A DNA stretch of 64,000 nt from Cyanobacteria bacterium P01_F01_bin.150 (lineage in GTDB: Bacteria > Cyanobacteriota > Cyanobacteriia > CAKZMO01): the NCBI GenBank assembly GCA_039189765.1, contig JBCCYL010000004.1, forward strand, positions 1 through 64,000, in the 5' to 3' direction. A program made the translations under genes and the position numbers. The notes beneath the pieces are model-generated. The model searched no databases. It saw only the letters and a list, made by a program, of their open reading frames with translations, and was not told the origin of the DNA. Shown here piece after piece: positions 11,133 through 21,768 of the stretch (its first letter is position 1; the number at the start of each line of letters is the position of its first letter).

Positions 11133-11633
11133 GTGAAGGAGTGGGTAAGCATGATGATGATCGCCTTTTTCATTGGGGCTTTTATCTTTGCAAGCTTTGT
11201 AGAGTACTGGGTTCATCGCTTGATGCATGACTCATATAAGGTGGGACGACGTCATCGAGATCACCACAAACGCAATGAAGCGCAGGGGGTGGTTTGGGAA
11301 TTTTTAGACTACGTGAAAGGAAGTGCGATCGCGATGATTATTCCTTTCTTCTTTTCTTGGGAAGCAGGTCTAGGCTGGATGATGGGGGCAATCAGCTTTG
11401 CTCTGTTCTCTGCATATGCCCACCAACTACAGCACGAAAATCCGACTAGAGTATTTTGGATGAAAATGCCTGTTCACTACGTTCATCACAAATATAACCA
11501 GTGGGATAAGAATTTTGGGCTTGCAGTAGACTGGTGGGATCATCTTTTCGGGACCTATGAGGAAATTGATTGGATGACAGAGGAAGAAATGCAGTTGCGA
11601 CACAGAGGCTACTTGGAATTACGCTGGTGGTAA
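11133..11633 (+). CDS. sterol desaturase / fatty acid hydroxylase family protein
   Basis: His boxes EYWVHRLMH, HRDHH, HQLQH, HYVHH; NFG and WDHLFGT. Confidence 0.9.
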   Translation: MKEWVSMMMIAFFIGAFIFASFVEYWVHRLMHDSYKVGRRHRDHHKRNEAQGVVWEFLDYVKGSAIAMIIPFFFSWEAGLGWMMGAISFALFSAYAHQLQHENPTRVFWMKMPVHYVHHKYNQWDKNFGLAVDWWDHLFGTYEEIDWMTEEEMQLRHRGYLELRWW

Positions 11634-11661
11634 TTTTTACGGAAGTTTAACGCAGTGAGAA

Positions 11662-11689
11662 AGCGGGTTGTCAGGCAGCCCGCTTTTTT
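11662..11689 (+). terminator. intrinsic terminator
   Basis: AGCGGGTTG-TCAGG-CAGCCCGCT followed by a T run. Confidence 0.75.
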
Positions 11690-11918
11690 GTGTTGATTTT
11701 TTATCCCGAATGATTTTTATGACGGAAAAAACGATTTGTCTTAATCTCTCTTAATTCACTCTGATGAAGTATCACAAGATCCTTTAGATTCAGAATTCTC
11801 TTTCAGGAAGCAGGATAGGATTAGGCCAACGTAGCGACCAATTCGTATCCCCCCCGAATGATCCCTCCACGTGATTGTGCTGACGCAGTATTTTCTCAGC
11901 GATATGTGACTTCCCTTT

Positions 11919-13721
11919 TTGTCTATGTCTAGATCTGAGCCATTTACTCCTTACGCTACGATTTCCCCTGTATCCCTGAGAGCGTTACAGCAAACTTTGC
12001 AGCAGGCTACATATTTTATTCGAACCCAAGATCCAGATACTGAAGTTTATATCGTTCAGGAGTCCTCGTTAGGCGTTGAACATCAACATCACTTAAGTGT
12101 TGAACAGTTTACGTTGGTTATATCACAATGCTTTAGCGCACTACTGCTGGTACATGAGCGATCAGAAGGGGGAGATGATTATCCGATAGAACTTATTTTC
12201 GAATCGGAGGCGATCGCTCATTTTCTCAGACAACTCATGGAGATTATTCCTGCCGAAAATACACTGCAAACATCTCTCAAACAAGGGTTGAACTTATTTC
12301 AGGCAAATCATTCTATCAGCCAGAGTCACTTCACCCTCAAGCTAATGAATGAACTAGCTCAGCTTTATGCTAAGGCCGGATCGAAAAAACAGTCTGCTCA
12401 AACGCGCATGGAGCAAAGAAAACACATCGTCTCCAAGGACACTACTTCTTCATCAATGGCGAACGATTCAATCCTAAATCGATCCCAACAAAAGCAAATC
12501 CATGAACCGATGGATGAACAGCAGCAGCTTTTACAACAGGTGGTTCATCAAGCCCAGTCCGCCGACCGAGTTAAAAGTGAATTTCTGGCTGCTATGAGCC
12601 ATGAATTGCGGACCCCACTGACATATATTCTGGGGATGTCCGCTACTTTACTGCGGTGGTCTGGCACCGGCTCCAACGATACGCTTCCAGAACGACAACG
12701 CCATTATCTTCAGAATATTCACAACCAGGGAGAACATCTACTCGAACTTATTAATGATCTTCTAGATTTATCCCAACTAGAATCAGGCCATTTAGGGTTG
12801 GAGCTGCAAGAGTTCTCCTTAACTCTTCTTATTCAACAATCTTTAAATGTCTATCGCAAAAAGTCTAAGCAGAAGGGAGTCATATTGGAGCTAGATTCCC
12901 ATGTGACGGCTGCCAGCGATCGCATTACAGCTGACCCCCATCGTCTCCAGCAAATCGTGGCCAATTTATTGAGTAACGCCATTAAATTTACCCATGAATT
13001 AGGTAAGGTCACCGTGCGCCTATCGGCCGACAAGCATTTTGTAGAAATTCAAATTCACGATACAGGCATTGGCATCCCTGATCACCATCAAGCTCTTATT
13101 TTCCAGAAATTTAAGCAGTTGGATAGTTCCTATCATCGTCAGTATGAGGGAACTGGCTTGGGGCTTGCTCTTACCAAACAGCTTGTTGATTTACACGGTG
13201 GTTGGATCGAGTGTGACTCTACGGTTGGGGTCGGAACGGTCTTCACCGTAAAGCTTCCCCGTCACCCGTTTTCTAAGTCCTCTAATGTATCGTTTCAAGC
13301 CAAACGTCTGCCGTCAAGTCAATCCTTAGGGAGGATTGTTTTGGTCGACGATAACGATGAAAGTGGCCATTTTGTTTCAGATATGTTGACCTCTGCGGGC
13401 TATCAACTGGTATGGATCTTGGAAGGGCTAACTGCTATTAGTCAGCTAGAAATGTTGCAACCCACAGTGGTCATCATCAATCAGCATCTTGTCAATAATA
13501 CAGCTGGTTCTCCAAATATCATCAAGGTCCTACGCCAAAACCCAATGACCAAGCGCATTAAAATCCTCTTGTTAGCCCATCAAAGTATATCTACTCAAAT
13601 ATCTGTAGAATCCTATACAGATGCTGATATTGTTTTGTCTCAACCTTACAGTCCTGAAGAGCTGCTTCATAAAGTCGGCCTTTTAATGGCTCATATTTCG
13701 GATGAAGTATCAGTCCAATAG
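11919..13721 (+). CDS. CikA-like hybrid histidine kinase with pseudo-receiver
   Basis: MSHELRTPLT-ILGMSATLLRW H-box, N/G boxes, C-terminal receiver with Asn in place of the phospho-acceptor Asp (VVIIN). Confidence 0.8.
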   Translation: MSMSRSEPFTPYATISPVSLRALQQTLQQATYFIRTQDPDTEVYIVQESSLGVEHQHHLSVEQFTLVISQCFSALLLVHERSEGGDDYPIELIFESEAIAHFLRQLMEIIPAENTLQTSLKQGLNLFQANHSISQSHFTLKLMNELAQLYAKAGSKKQSAQTRMEQRKHIVSKDTTSSSMANDSILNRSQQKQIHEPMDEQQQLLQQVVHQAQSADRVKSEFLAAMSHELRTPLTYILGMSATLLRWSGTGSNDTLPERQRHYLQNIHNQGEHLLELINDLLDLSQLESGHLGLELQEFSLTLLIQQSLNVYRKKSKQKGVILELDSHVTAASDRITADPHRLQQIVANLLSNAIKFTHELGKVTVRLSADKHFVEIQIHDTGIGIPDHHQALIFQKFKQLDSSYHRQYEGTGLGLALTKQLVDLHGGWIECDSTVGVGTVFTVKLPRHPFSKSSNVSFQAKRLPSSQSLGRIVLVDDNDESGHFVSDMLTSAGYQLVWILEGLTAISQLEMLQPTVVIINQHLVNNTAGSPNIIKVLRQNPMTKRIKILLLAHQSISTQISVESYTDADIVLSQPYSPEELLHKVGLLMAHISDEVSVQ

Positions 13722-13754
13722 TCAGACACGACTAGTCCCCTGTCAAGAAATAAA

Positions 13755-13787
13755 TGAGTGGAAAATACCGGAGGGATTTTCCACTCA
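13755..13787. terminator. bidirectional hairpin terminator
   Basis: TGAGTGGAAAAT...ATTTTCCACTCA between convergent genes. Confidence 0.65.
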
Positions 13788-13806
13788 AAATAAAGCTGAT
13801 GCGGTA

Positions 13807-14403
13807 CTAGTCAGTTGGCATGTAGGTTACTTGGGCATCAAACCCAAGATATCTTAATTGGGCATTAAGGGCATCTGCTGACCGACGCTCCAAAAAGGAC
13901 GCGGTATAAATATAGCGTCCTCGTCTTGATGACGAGAAGAAGGCTGTAGGAATAATGTCCTGCACTTCAGCTAATACCTCGCGATTGTTCCCTGGAATCA
14001 CAACAACGTAGGGAAAATTTTCAGGTTGCCCTAAGATAATCACATCTGATGAAGAGGAAGGGGACGTGAAGTCTATTAGTTCCTGCTGAACCTGCTGTTC
14101 AATTGCCTGTTGTTCCCGTTGACGATTGAGGTTTTGTTGATCATCCACATCTTGCGCTTCATCGAGATTTGGTGACGGTGGTTCAACATCGATTGTTTGT
14201 GTCACAATCTGTTCCGCGCGGGTGCTTAAACTGAACGTGGGATAGGTAGCAGTCTGAGAGCTATGCTTGTTGCGAGAAGAATGCAGCAGATTATAATCTA
14301 TTGCAAGCGTAGGATTACACAATACTGTGATGCTCATACCCCAGCTAGCACCTAGAATATAAACGGCTATCGTACCGTATGAATGGCGGGAAAAACGGTC
14401 CAT
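13807..14403 (-). CDS. hypothetical secreted protein with SPOR-like C-terminus
   Basis: Signal-like N-terminus; YVVVIPG...AF...RGRYI...LRYLGFDAQV motif seen in cyanobacterial proteins. Confidence 0.6.
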   Translation of the reverse strand: MDRFSRHSYGTIAVYILGASWGMSITVLCNPTLAIDYNLLHSSRNKHSSQTATYPTFSLSTRAEQIVTQTIDVEPPSPNLDEAQDVDDQQNLNRQREQQAIEQQVQQELIDFTSPSSSSDVIILGQPENFPYVVVIPGNNREVLAEVQDIIPTAFFSSSRRGRYIYTASFLERRSADALNAQLRYLGFDAQVTYMPTD

Positions 14404-14627
14404 TGATTATCCTAGTTTCGGCCAAACGTCTTGTTGATGCAAAGAATCTCCTTCAGCATACTCCAGTAGAGTTATTAGACTTTGGTTGAATATTGAAAAC
14501 GTGACACAAATTCTTTATGCCTAAGTATTTTATTGCGGCTAATATGTTAAAAATATCACATTATCTCCTTGTATCTAAGTGTCACACCTAAAATTGTTTG
14601 CTGTTTAATGATACTGCTGTTAAGTAA

Positions 14628-15569
14628 TTGGGATTTCAAGAGATGGGGCTAGGCCAAAGGCATTTAGGATATCGGTTTCAAGCCTCTATAATTTTTCTGT
14701 GGCGCTATTTGAGGCCATATTCCACGACGCTCATTGTTGCCGCGGCAATAATAGGGAGCAAAGGGATGGTGGGGAAAAATATAGCGATCGCCAATCCGCT
14801 GATTCAAGTAGAAGTAGATCGCTGGTTGGAAGTTCGTAGCATTGTAGGTAGCGCTACGATTACGTCGGCTGGGACGGATGCTCAAGCGGCGGAGCAAGGC
14901 GATCGCTTTGGGAATGTGGGCGATCGCTTGATTACTGCTGATGAATCTCGGTCGGTATTATCAGTCGATACCTCAGTTGGATTTATTGATGTATTTGAAA
15001 ATACCGATTTACAGGTTAAGGAGCTGCGTACAGTTAGTGATGGCGGCAAGGTTACGAAGCTGCAAATTAACCAAGGGCAAGCACGTCTGCGGGTCCGGCC
15101 TTTTACCCATGACAGCTCAGACCTAGAAATTGAAACTCCAGCAGGATGGAGTGCTGTGCGAGGAACGGAATTTGGCGTTACAGTTCACCCAGACGGCAAA
15201 ACGGGAGTTGCTACTTTGGAAGGCGAAGTTGGTAGCTATGCTCAAGGCCAAGAAGTGGCAGTGAGTGAAGGCTTTCAGACCCTGATTATTCCCGGTGAAC
15301 CTCCGACTAAACCCACCTTAATTAACGAAGCGCGGGCAACACGCCTGACGCCCTACGTTTTAGAATGGGAAGATGCTCAAACTGTCAGGTTTATCGGCAA
15401 TATTGACCCGGTTAGCCTGCTTATCATCGAAAATGAACCCCAAGTTGTTGAACGCAATGGTGATTTTGATGTGCTCATTCCTGCCTCAAATAATCAGCCT
15501 ATCCGTGCTAGTGTAGTAACTCCTTTGGGACGTCAGCAGTCCTATTCCCTTGCTGTTCCAAGATTATGA
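14628..15569 (+). CDS. FecR-domain protein
   Basis: GDRLIT, LEIETPAGWSAVRGTEFGV FecR motifs; overlaps the start of the downstream CHASE2 kinase. Confidence 0.85.
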   Translation: MGFQEMGLGQRHLGYRFQASIIFLWRYLRPYSTTLIVAAAIIGSKGMVGKNIAIANPLIQVEVDRWLEVRSIVGSATITSAGTDAQAAEQGDRFGNVGDRLITADESRSVLSVDTSVGFIDVFENTDLQVKELRTVSDGGKVTKLQINQGQARLRVRPFTHDSSDLEIETPAGWSAVRGTEFGVTVHPDGKTGVATLEGEVGSYAQGQEVAVSEGFQTLIIPGEPPTKPTLINEARATRLTPYVLEWEDAQTVRFIGNIDPVSLLIIENEPQVVERNGDFDVLIPASNNQPIRASVVTPLGRQQSYSLAVPRL

Positions 15570-18235
15570 GATCACTGCTGTCTTGGCTCTACGTTTTGAT
15601 GCTCCGCACCAGATGGCGATGGATGCCAGGCGGTCTGGCCTTTTTAATAATCCTTGGCTGCCTCAAAGTCGGGGCATTTCAATCTTCTGAGTATTTAGCG
15701 TTCAATACCCTAATTCAGCTTCGGGATTCTCAACCTTGGCACGATGATATTGTCGTTATTGAAATCGATGAGCCAACCCTCAAGGCTGTTGGAGAATTTC
15801 CCCTTTCCCGTCGTTATTATGCCCAAGTTCTGGACTTTTTGAGGCATGCTCAGTCTGGAGTAGTGGTACTCGGTGTGGTTTTTTCCGAGCCGAGTCCAGA
15901 TGATGACCGTCTGGCTCAAGCCATGCTTTATCATGGCCAAGTGGTATTAGCCCAAGCCTGGAGCCAGAATGGAAGACCCACTCTGCCCACTAAGGTACTG
16001 ATTGACAGCGCTATACATTCGGGTCATGTTCTTAACTATCCGGACAGCGATGGAATTACCCGTTCAATTCGCCCCTATATTCAAGGGGTTCCGGCTCTGG
16101 GAATTGCAGCTATTCAAGCCTACTCTTTAACCACGGATGTTGTTCCATTGCCAGAAGGGAAGCATCTTTTTTGGATCAACTGGCCAGATTCAAACAAGGA
16201 GCTGGAAAGATACTCGTTTCTGGATGTATTGCAGCGTAACGTTGAAGGCGATCGCTTTGAAAACAAACTGGTTGTCATCGGCTCCAGCATAGCTGGAGTT
16301 GATCCAATCGCGACTCCCTTTAACCAAGACCCCCCTGCCACCGGTATTGATTTGCAGGCCGCTGTTATTAGCAATCTTCTATATGGCAATCATCTCAGGG
16401 TTCTTTTCCCTCCATGTAAAATGCTGCTGCTGCTGATATGTGGTCCTCTTCTCAGCCTATATTTGAGTCGATGCAGTATTTGGGGGCGTTGGCTCTCAGG
16501 CGCGACTTTAGCCATAGGATGGTGGAGTCTGAGTTTTCTGTTACTAAAAGGACTAAATGTTTGGGTACCTTTGGTTTGGCCTGTTACTTTAATTGTGCTG
16601 AACGTTAGCTTTACAGAAATTAGCAGCCGCCTTAAATTCAGCGCTATTTTACAAGAAGAAGTGGAGCGATTGTGGCAAACGTACCGTCGTGATGTCCTAG
16701 TACAGGCCGCTGGCACAATAGCCCCGCCTGTTTCAAAAGAGCCTGGATTTAGAGATGGGGTATTGCTTGGTGATGCAAAGACATGGTTGCCCCAAAATAG
16801 CACTACTCCTCATTTAATAAAATGGATAGAGGAAAAGTGGATGACATCTCGTCCCAAAAGTTTTGCGGAGGGGACTCGGGTTGAATCCACTGCAATTTAT
16901 CGAACCCATCAGCTTACTGAGTTAGTGGAAATGTTTGGGCGATCACAGGCACTGCATGGAGCGATCGCCCGTAGTCTATCGATTGGCCTAGTGGCAGCCG
17001 ATTGGAATGGCCAGGTTTGGTTTTGTAACCCAGCTGCAACAGATCTGCTGGGGATATCCATTGGCCATTTATTGGCCAACACCCTTATTCCTCACTGGCT
17101 TAATCAAGGTACGTGGGAACAGTACCTGCGACATCTCCAGCAGGGACAGACTATTCGTTGGGAGATTCCTAGGTGCAGCCATTGGTTTGAAATTAGTTTG
17201 GAACCCTTATCTCAAGCATCTGATGTATTAAGTAGTCCCTCTGTGCACCAGAGAAAAAAACAGTTCCCGGCTACCCATACATTTGCTGGTTTATTGGACT
17301 CAGCCCATCAGAAATCACCAAATTATCCTAAACACGAACAGTTAGCCGGGGAATTAATTGGGCTACTGCTCATAGTGGAAAACATTACGACCTACAAACA
17401 GGTTGAAGAAGAAATGAGCAAAGCATTAGCCCAGGAGAAAGAATTTAACGAACTCAAATCCCGTTTTGTGTCGATGGTGTCCCATGAGTTACGAACGCCC
17501 CTAACTATTATTCAAACATCTCTTGAGATGTTGGAACGTCGTTATCGTAAAATCGCATCCCACTCTCCGCCTTCTGTAGAACCATCCGACTCAAATATCA
17601 AAAGCTATCCTGGGCATGCTTCTCAACAGTTAGTCAAATCAACTCATATTGAATTTAATAATGGTCAACAAAAATACTTTCAAAGGATCAACAATGCTGT
17701 GTTTGCCATGACCCAGCTCCTTGAAGATGTGCTCTTACTGGGCAGGGTGGAAGCTAAGAAGCTAGAGTTCAATCCCCAGTATCTTGATTGTGCACAATTG
17801 TGTTACATGATTGTAGAGGAAATGCAGGTCCAGCCCCTGGGATACCCTCGAATTGTCTTTAAGGCTCAAGGAGATATTCGGCGACACTACGTTGATGCTG
17901 ATTTATTAAAAATGATCCTAGGTAATTTATTGTCGAATGCCATCAAATATTCTGCGGATCATACCTTTATCTATGTTGATGTGGACTGTCGTTCTGACTC
18001 AATCGTGCTTCAAGTTGAGGATCGGGGCATTGGGATTCCTTCTGACACTCAACAGCAGCTATTTAAAGAATTTCACCGTGCAACCAATGTTGGCAGTGTT
18101 CCTGGGACAGGACTTGGGCTGTCTATCGTAAAGCAGTGCGTCGATTTGCATCAGGGAAAAATTGTTGTTGAGAGTGCAGTGAATGTGGGATCTACATTTA
18201 TCATCCATTTGCCATCCCATCCCCATGCTCAATAA
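15566..18235 (+). CDS. CHASE2-domain sensor histidine kinase
   Basis: IVVIEIDE...FP, DSDGITR CHASE2 motifs, three TM helices, PAS-like region, SHELRTPL H-box, GTGLGL. Confidence 0.9.
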   Translation: MRSLLSWLYVLMLRTRWRWMPGGLAFLIILGCLKVGAFQSSEYLAFNTLIQLRDSQPWHDDIVVIEIDEPTLKAVGEFPLSRRYYAQVLDFLRHAQSGVVVLGVVFSEPSPDDDRLAQAMLYHGQVVLAQAWSQNGRPTLPTKVLIDSAIHSGHVLNYPDSDGITRSIRPYIQGVPALGIAAIQAYSLTTDVVPLPEGKHLFWINWPDSNKELERYSFLDVLQRNVEGDRFENKLVVIGSSIAGVDPIATPFNQDPPATGIDLQAAVISNLLYGNHLRVLFPPCKMLLLLICGPLLSLYLSRCSIWGRWLSGATLAIGWWSLSFLLLKGLNVWVPLVWPVTLIVLNVSFTEISSRLKFSAILQEEVERLWQTYRRDVLVQAAGTIAPPVSKEPGFRDGVLLGDAKTWLPQNSTTPHLIKWIEEKWMTSRPKSFAEGTRVESTAIYRTHQLTELVEMFGRSQALHGAIARSLSIGLVAADWNGQVWFCNPAATDLLGISIGHLLANTLIPHWLNQGTWEQYLRHLQQGQTIRWEIPRCSHWFEISLEPLSQASDVLSSPSVHQRKKQFPATHTFAGLLDSAHQKSPNYPKHEQLAGELIGLLLIVENITTYKQVEEEMSKALAQEKEFNELKSRFVSMVSHELRTPLTIIQTSLEMLERRYRKIASHSPPSVEPSDSNIKSYPGHASQQLVKSTHIEFNNGQQKYFQRINNAVFAMTQLLEDVLLLGRVEAKKLEFNPQYLDCAQLCYMIVEEMQVQPLGYPRIVFKAQGDIRRHYVDADLLKMILGNLLSNAIKYSADHTFIYVDVDCRSDSIVLQVEDRGIGIPSDTQQQLFKEFHRATNVGSVPGTGLGLSIVKQCVDLHQGKIVVESAVNVGSTFIIHLPSHPHAQ

Positions 18236-18348
18236 TAAAAAGGCTCGCTTTCCTTTCAGAAAAACGAGCCTTCTAGTCATTAGTGTGTTTCAAATAGGGG
18301 AACCAAGCAATGTACAGTTTCCAGAGAAACTAGCCCTTAGGCTAAATC

Positions 18349-19947
18349 CTAGAACTTAAACGTCGTTCTCAAAACGCCCACAAACGCATCATCATTGTCT
18401 GCATCTTGACCAGGAGCGGTGAGCCAAATCAAGCCAGGAGTAATAGAAATATGGTCAGTCATCTGATAACGATACATCGCTTCAATATGCAAAGGCACAT
18501 CATTGGAAAATCCAGGGTCGCCTGGTACATTCAATCCGGTCAAATAAGGTGAAGCACCAACAATAATGGCCCCTAAGCTCCCCTCATCGAATAGATTCGG
18601 AAAGGCTAATGCCCCAGCGTAGGACCAAATGTCTGCTTCTCCCAAGCCAATTAGTTTGGCATCAGTAAACGTTCCCCAAGCTCGCACATCAAACCCATCG
18701 GAGATGCCAACCTTTGCCTCAACACCGTAACTGTTGCTTGAAACCGGAGTAGAATCAACTCCCAGGCTTGCTAAGTTCAAATTACCTAAGCTGGTTCCAG
18801 TCCCGCCGAAAGCAAAAGCAGACTGGCTCACATCGTAACCATGAACATAGGTTAATCCCAAATCAATCCTGTCAGTGGGACTAACAACTAGCTGACCCAT
18901 CGCAGAATAATTACCGTTAAATAGCCCTGAACCAGCCTCTGGATTTTGCGCTCCCTTGGCAATGTATCCAAGAGAGGCTTCAAACGAATCGCTGGGAGTG
19001 TAGGTAAAGCCAACACCTCGGCCACTTAGCCCTAGACGATAGATGGGGTTGCGCTCCGCAAAACGTGATAGCGCTCCGTTTGCTCCACCGCCAGCTTCCA
19101 GACCCGGGTTGAAGGTATTGGCATAGAAGTGGTGTCCACCCAAACTAGCCATAACCGTTGCTTCTAGGTCTTCAAAAACAGGGAAAACATAGTGCAATCG
19201 ATCAAGCGTAAAATCGTTGCCCGTCTGGCCGTCATAAGCCAGACGACCCTCATTGGTGCCAGTTTCATCCACAAAGGAATTGCCTACATTACCGGCTGTT
19301 AGACGGGTCAGCAACCGATCTTCACCAGTGAAACTAGTGACTAGCTGAAGGCGAATTCGATCTGTGAAGCTTACCTCAGAGTCCACATCATCACCGAAAG
19401 CGTTAGCAACGGTGAAAGCAACCTCTCCAACCAGCTTGGTGGTGGTGGAAAACTGGTTGGCTTCTACCTCAGCAACCCGCGCTTCCAGCGCATCTACCCG
19501 ACCACGAAGGGTGGCGAGTTCAGCCGCAAACTCTTCCTGGAGGCGCTGAAGAACTGCTAAATCCTCACGACTTACCTTATCCGCTAGCCCAGCAGCAATT
19601 AGCTCATTGACCCGGTCCAAACAAGCATTCAAACCTGCGGCAAACTCATAACGAGTCAGAGCACGGTTACCGCGATAGGTGCCGTTAGGATAACCTGCAA
19701 TACAGCCGTAGCGTTCAACTAAGGATTGCAGGGCTTGAAATGCCCAGTCCGTTGGTTGTACGTCGGATAGCTGGGACACAGATGTTACCTGAGCCATCGC
19801 TTCCGTCTCTAAGTTAGTACCAGCTTGGTCTAAAGCATCAAAGCCTACAAATTCTTGGGCGATCGCCTCTGAACCCAGAAACAGTGCTCCAGCCACTGCT
19901 GCGGGAGCCACTAACAAGCTCTTCAAAATAGTGTTGGACAACTCCAT
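18349..19947 (-). CDS. SLH-domain outer membrane porin (Som/OprB 'iron uptake porin' family)
   Basis: QVTSVSQLSDVQPTDWAFQALQSLVERYGCIAGYP, QFSTTTKL, C-terminal LRTTFKF; ATG at 19947 follows GAGGAG. Confidence 0.95.
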   Translation of the reverse strand: MELSNTILKSLLVAPAAVAGALFLGSEAIAQEFVGFDALDQAGTNLETEAMAQVTSVSQLSDVQPTDWAFQALQSLVERYGCIAGYPNGTYRGNRALTRYEFAAGLNACLDRVNELIAAGLADKVSREDLAVLQRLQEEFAAELATLRGRVDALEARVAEVEANQFSTTTKLVGEVAFTVANAFGDDVDSEVSFTDRIRLQLVTSFTGEDRLLTRLTAGNVGNSFVDETGTNEGRLAYDGQTGNDFTLDRLHYVFPVFEDLEATVMASLGGHHFYANTFNPGLEAGGGANGALSRFAERNPIYRLGLSGRGVGFTYTPSDSFEASLGYIAKGAQNPEAGSGLFNGNYSAMGQLVVSPTDRIDLGLTYVHGYDVSQSAFAFGGTGTSLGNLNLASLGVDSTPVSSNSYGVEAKVGISDGFDVRAWGTFTDAKLIGLGEADIWSYAGALAFPNLFDEGSLGAIIVGASPYLTGLNVPGDPGFSNDVPLHIEAMYRYQMTDHISITPGLIWLTAPGQDADNDDAFVGVLRTTFKF

Positions 19948-20314
19948 CTTCACTCCTCAAAACTCCACACAAAGATATAGCGAAGCTGCTCGGAACCCCG
20001 CCATGGAAATTAAAGCCTAAGCTGGTTGGTCAAACACTTAAAGAGAGCCAAATCTAAAAGCTCAACCTATGTTGGCATCATCCAGCTCGCAAAATGCTTA
20101 ATCTCTCATTATCTTTCGGTTAAGTTACAAGATAGCGGAGACAAAAAGTGTATTTTCCACTACAAAAAGAGTTTTCTCTGCCTATGCCTTGGGCAAAGAT
20201 TCCGATTATGATAATGAGGCTGTGTACTGACCATACCCCAAACCTTTGAACGGGTCACAATAGGATTGGTATACAAGCGGATGTAATGGTGTTTGCGATC
20301 GCGTAAGGGATGTT

Positions 20315-20890
20315 ATGACTATCAACTCAGTGTTTGTGAAATTCGTTGCTGTATGTATGGCAATGTTGACTTGGTGCGTAGGGATGGTCGCTAGTTATGC
20401 CGCAGTTCCTGAAGATATAGATTACCTGTTGACAACAAAAGACTGCCCTATTTGCATTTTGGTTGATGCAGATTTAAAGGGTGCAGATCTAGCCGGTGCC
20501 AGCATCAGAATTTCAGATTTAAGCAGAGCAGACCTAACAAAGGCAAACTTGGAGGACGCGGACTTGTTTTCTGCAAATATGATTGGCACTATTCTTAAAG
20601 ATGCTAATTTAGCTGGGGCAAGCTTGGCAACTACCGATTTAACAGACGCAGACCTCAGCTACACCGATCTAACAAAAGCTAACTTAGCGAATAGTCTATT
20701 ACTAAATGCCAACTTGACTGGTGCAATTCTTGATGGCGTCTACTGGGCTGGGGCTAATTTAAGAGGAGCTGATTTAACCGATGCAGATCTAACAGGTGTA
20801 AACTTCAAAGGCATTGACTTAACTCAAGCAAAGCTCTGCAATACAACCATGCCCTCTGGTGAAATCGCTAGTCGCAATTGCCCACGATAG
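20315..20890 (+). CDS. pentapeptide repeat protein (secreted)
   Basis: Signal peptide, CPIC, many A(D/N)LxG repeats. Confidence 0.92.
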   Translation: MTINSVFVKFVAVCMAMLTWCVGMVASYAAVPEDIDYLLTTKDCPICILVDADLKGADLAGASIRISDLSRADLTKANLEDADLFSANMIGTILKDANLAGASLATTDLTDADLSYTDLTKANLANSLLLNANLTGAILDGVYWAGANLRGADLTDADLTGVNFKGIDLTQAKLCNTTMPSGEIASRNCPR

Positions 20891-20931
20891 TGCTAAATGT
20901 TTTATGGCATTTAGAAATTTCTGTAAAGTTA

Positions 20932-20960
20932 TGGACAGCTAAGATTACATCGTGTAGTAT
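20932..20960 (+). promoter_or_regulatory. sigma70-type promoter with a TGTAGTAT box over the -10
   Basis: TGGACA-17 nt-TAGTAT; the box matches the repeats at the tRNA array promoter. Confidence 0.6.
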
Positions 20961-21231
20961 GAGAAAAGTCGAGGGTACAAACCTACGATGTTCTGGATTT
21001 TTACAGTTATGAATCAGTCGTTAGGCTTTTGTTCTGAAAGTCTTGCTACAAGTTTTTCATAGCGTCTTGGGTAGCGGCACTTCCACAGGCTGTAATTTTG
21101 AAGATTTAAGTCATGTTTTTCGGAATTTGGCAGTTTTCAGCAGTATCTTGTTCTACAGTGTCTTTACTTGTAAAAGTTTTTCACTAAGTTAAAAGCAGCA
21201 TTCTTCAAATCGTCGTTATTTATTAAGAGTA

Positions 21232-21702
21232 ATGTTTTCTCTATTTTCCTTGAACCCACTCAATGCAATCGGCTCTGCCATCCATATGGCAGATGTTCGT
21301 CGCTGGAGTCAAACTCCAGCAGCGATCGCATTGACGATGGGTTGGACCGGAGATAGAGAAATTTGTGCATTTGGCTCTTTGCAATTCTATGGGTTGGGCC
21401 AAAGCATATTAGGTCAGAGTATGGCGTCTAGATTGTTCAGCCCAGTCGCCCAAGAGTGTCATAGATTTAGCCGGAACATTCAGGCAATTATTGATTCAAG
21501 CATCATCGCAAATGGATTCAATATTCAACCATCCATCGTTCAGAGTAGTGAACATCAGGACGAGGAAGAACTAGGCAACAAGAGCCTAGGTTTAGACTAC
21601 GAATATCTGGGCAATCCAGAATTCAAATCGAATCCAAACGTGGATTCATACTCCAGACAACTAATGAGCGGGAGGCATAGGTTTATGCCTGTACCAGGAT
21701 AA
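21232..21702 (+). CDS. hypothetical ORF, candidate leader ORF of the HNH operon
   Basis: 156-codon ORF with no recognisable domain, ending just before a strong hairpin. Confidence 0.45.
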   Translation: MFSLFSLNPLNAIGSAIHMADVRRWSQTPAAIALTMGWTGDREICAFGSLQFYGLGQSILGQSMASRLFSPVAQECHRFSRNIQAIIDSSIIANGFNIQPSIVQSSEHQDEEELGNKSLGLDYEYLGNPEFKSNPNVDSYSRQLMSGRHRFMPVPG

Positions 21703-21728
21703 GGCAACATAACAGATTGCTCTGTTGC

Positions 21729-21768
21729 ACCCCCCGCTTCTGTCTTAAGGAGCGGGGGGTATTGTTTT
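21729..21768 (+). terminator. intrinsic terminator / attenuator hairpin
   Basis: 12-bp stem ACCCCCCGCTTC/GGAGCGGGGGGT followed by ATTGTTTT, between the leader ORF and the HNH gene. Confidence 0.7.

Noticed and set aside
20092..20217. Fur/Zur boxes upstream of the porin (GATAATGA half-sites)
   Set aside because: Only half-site matches in AT-rich DNA, which is insufficient without a motif scan.
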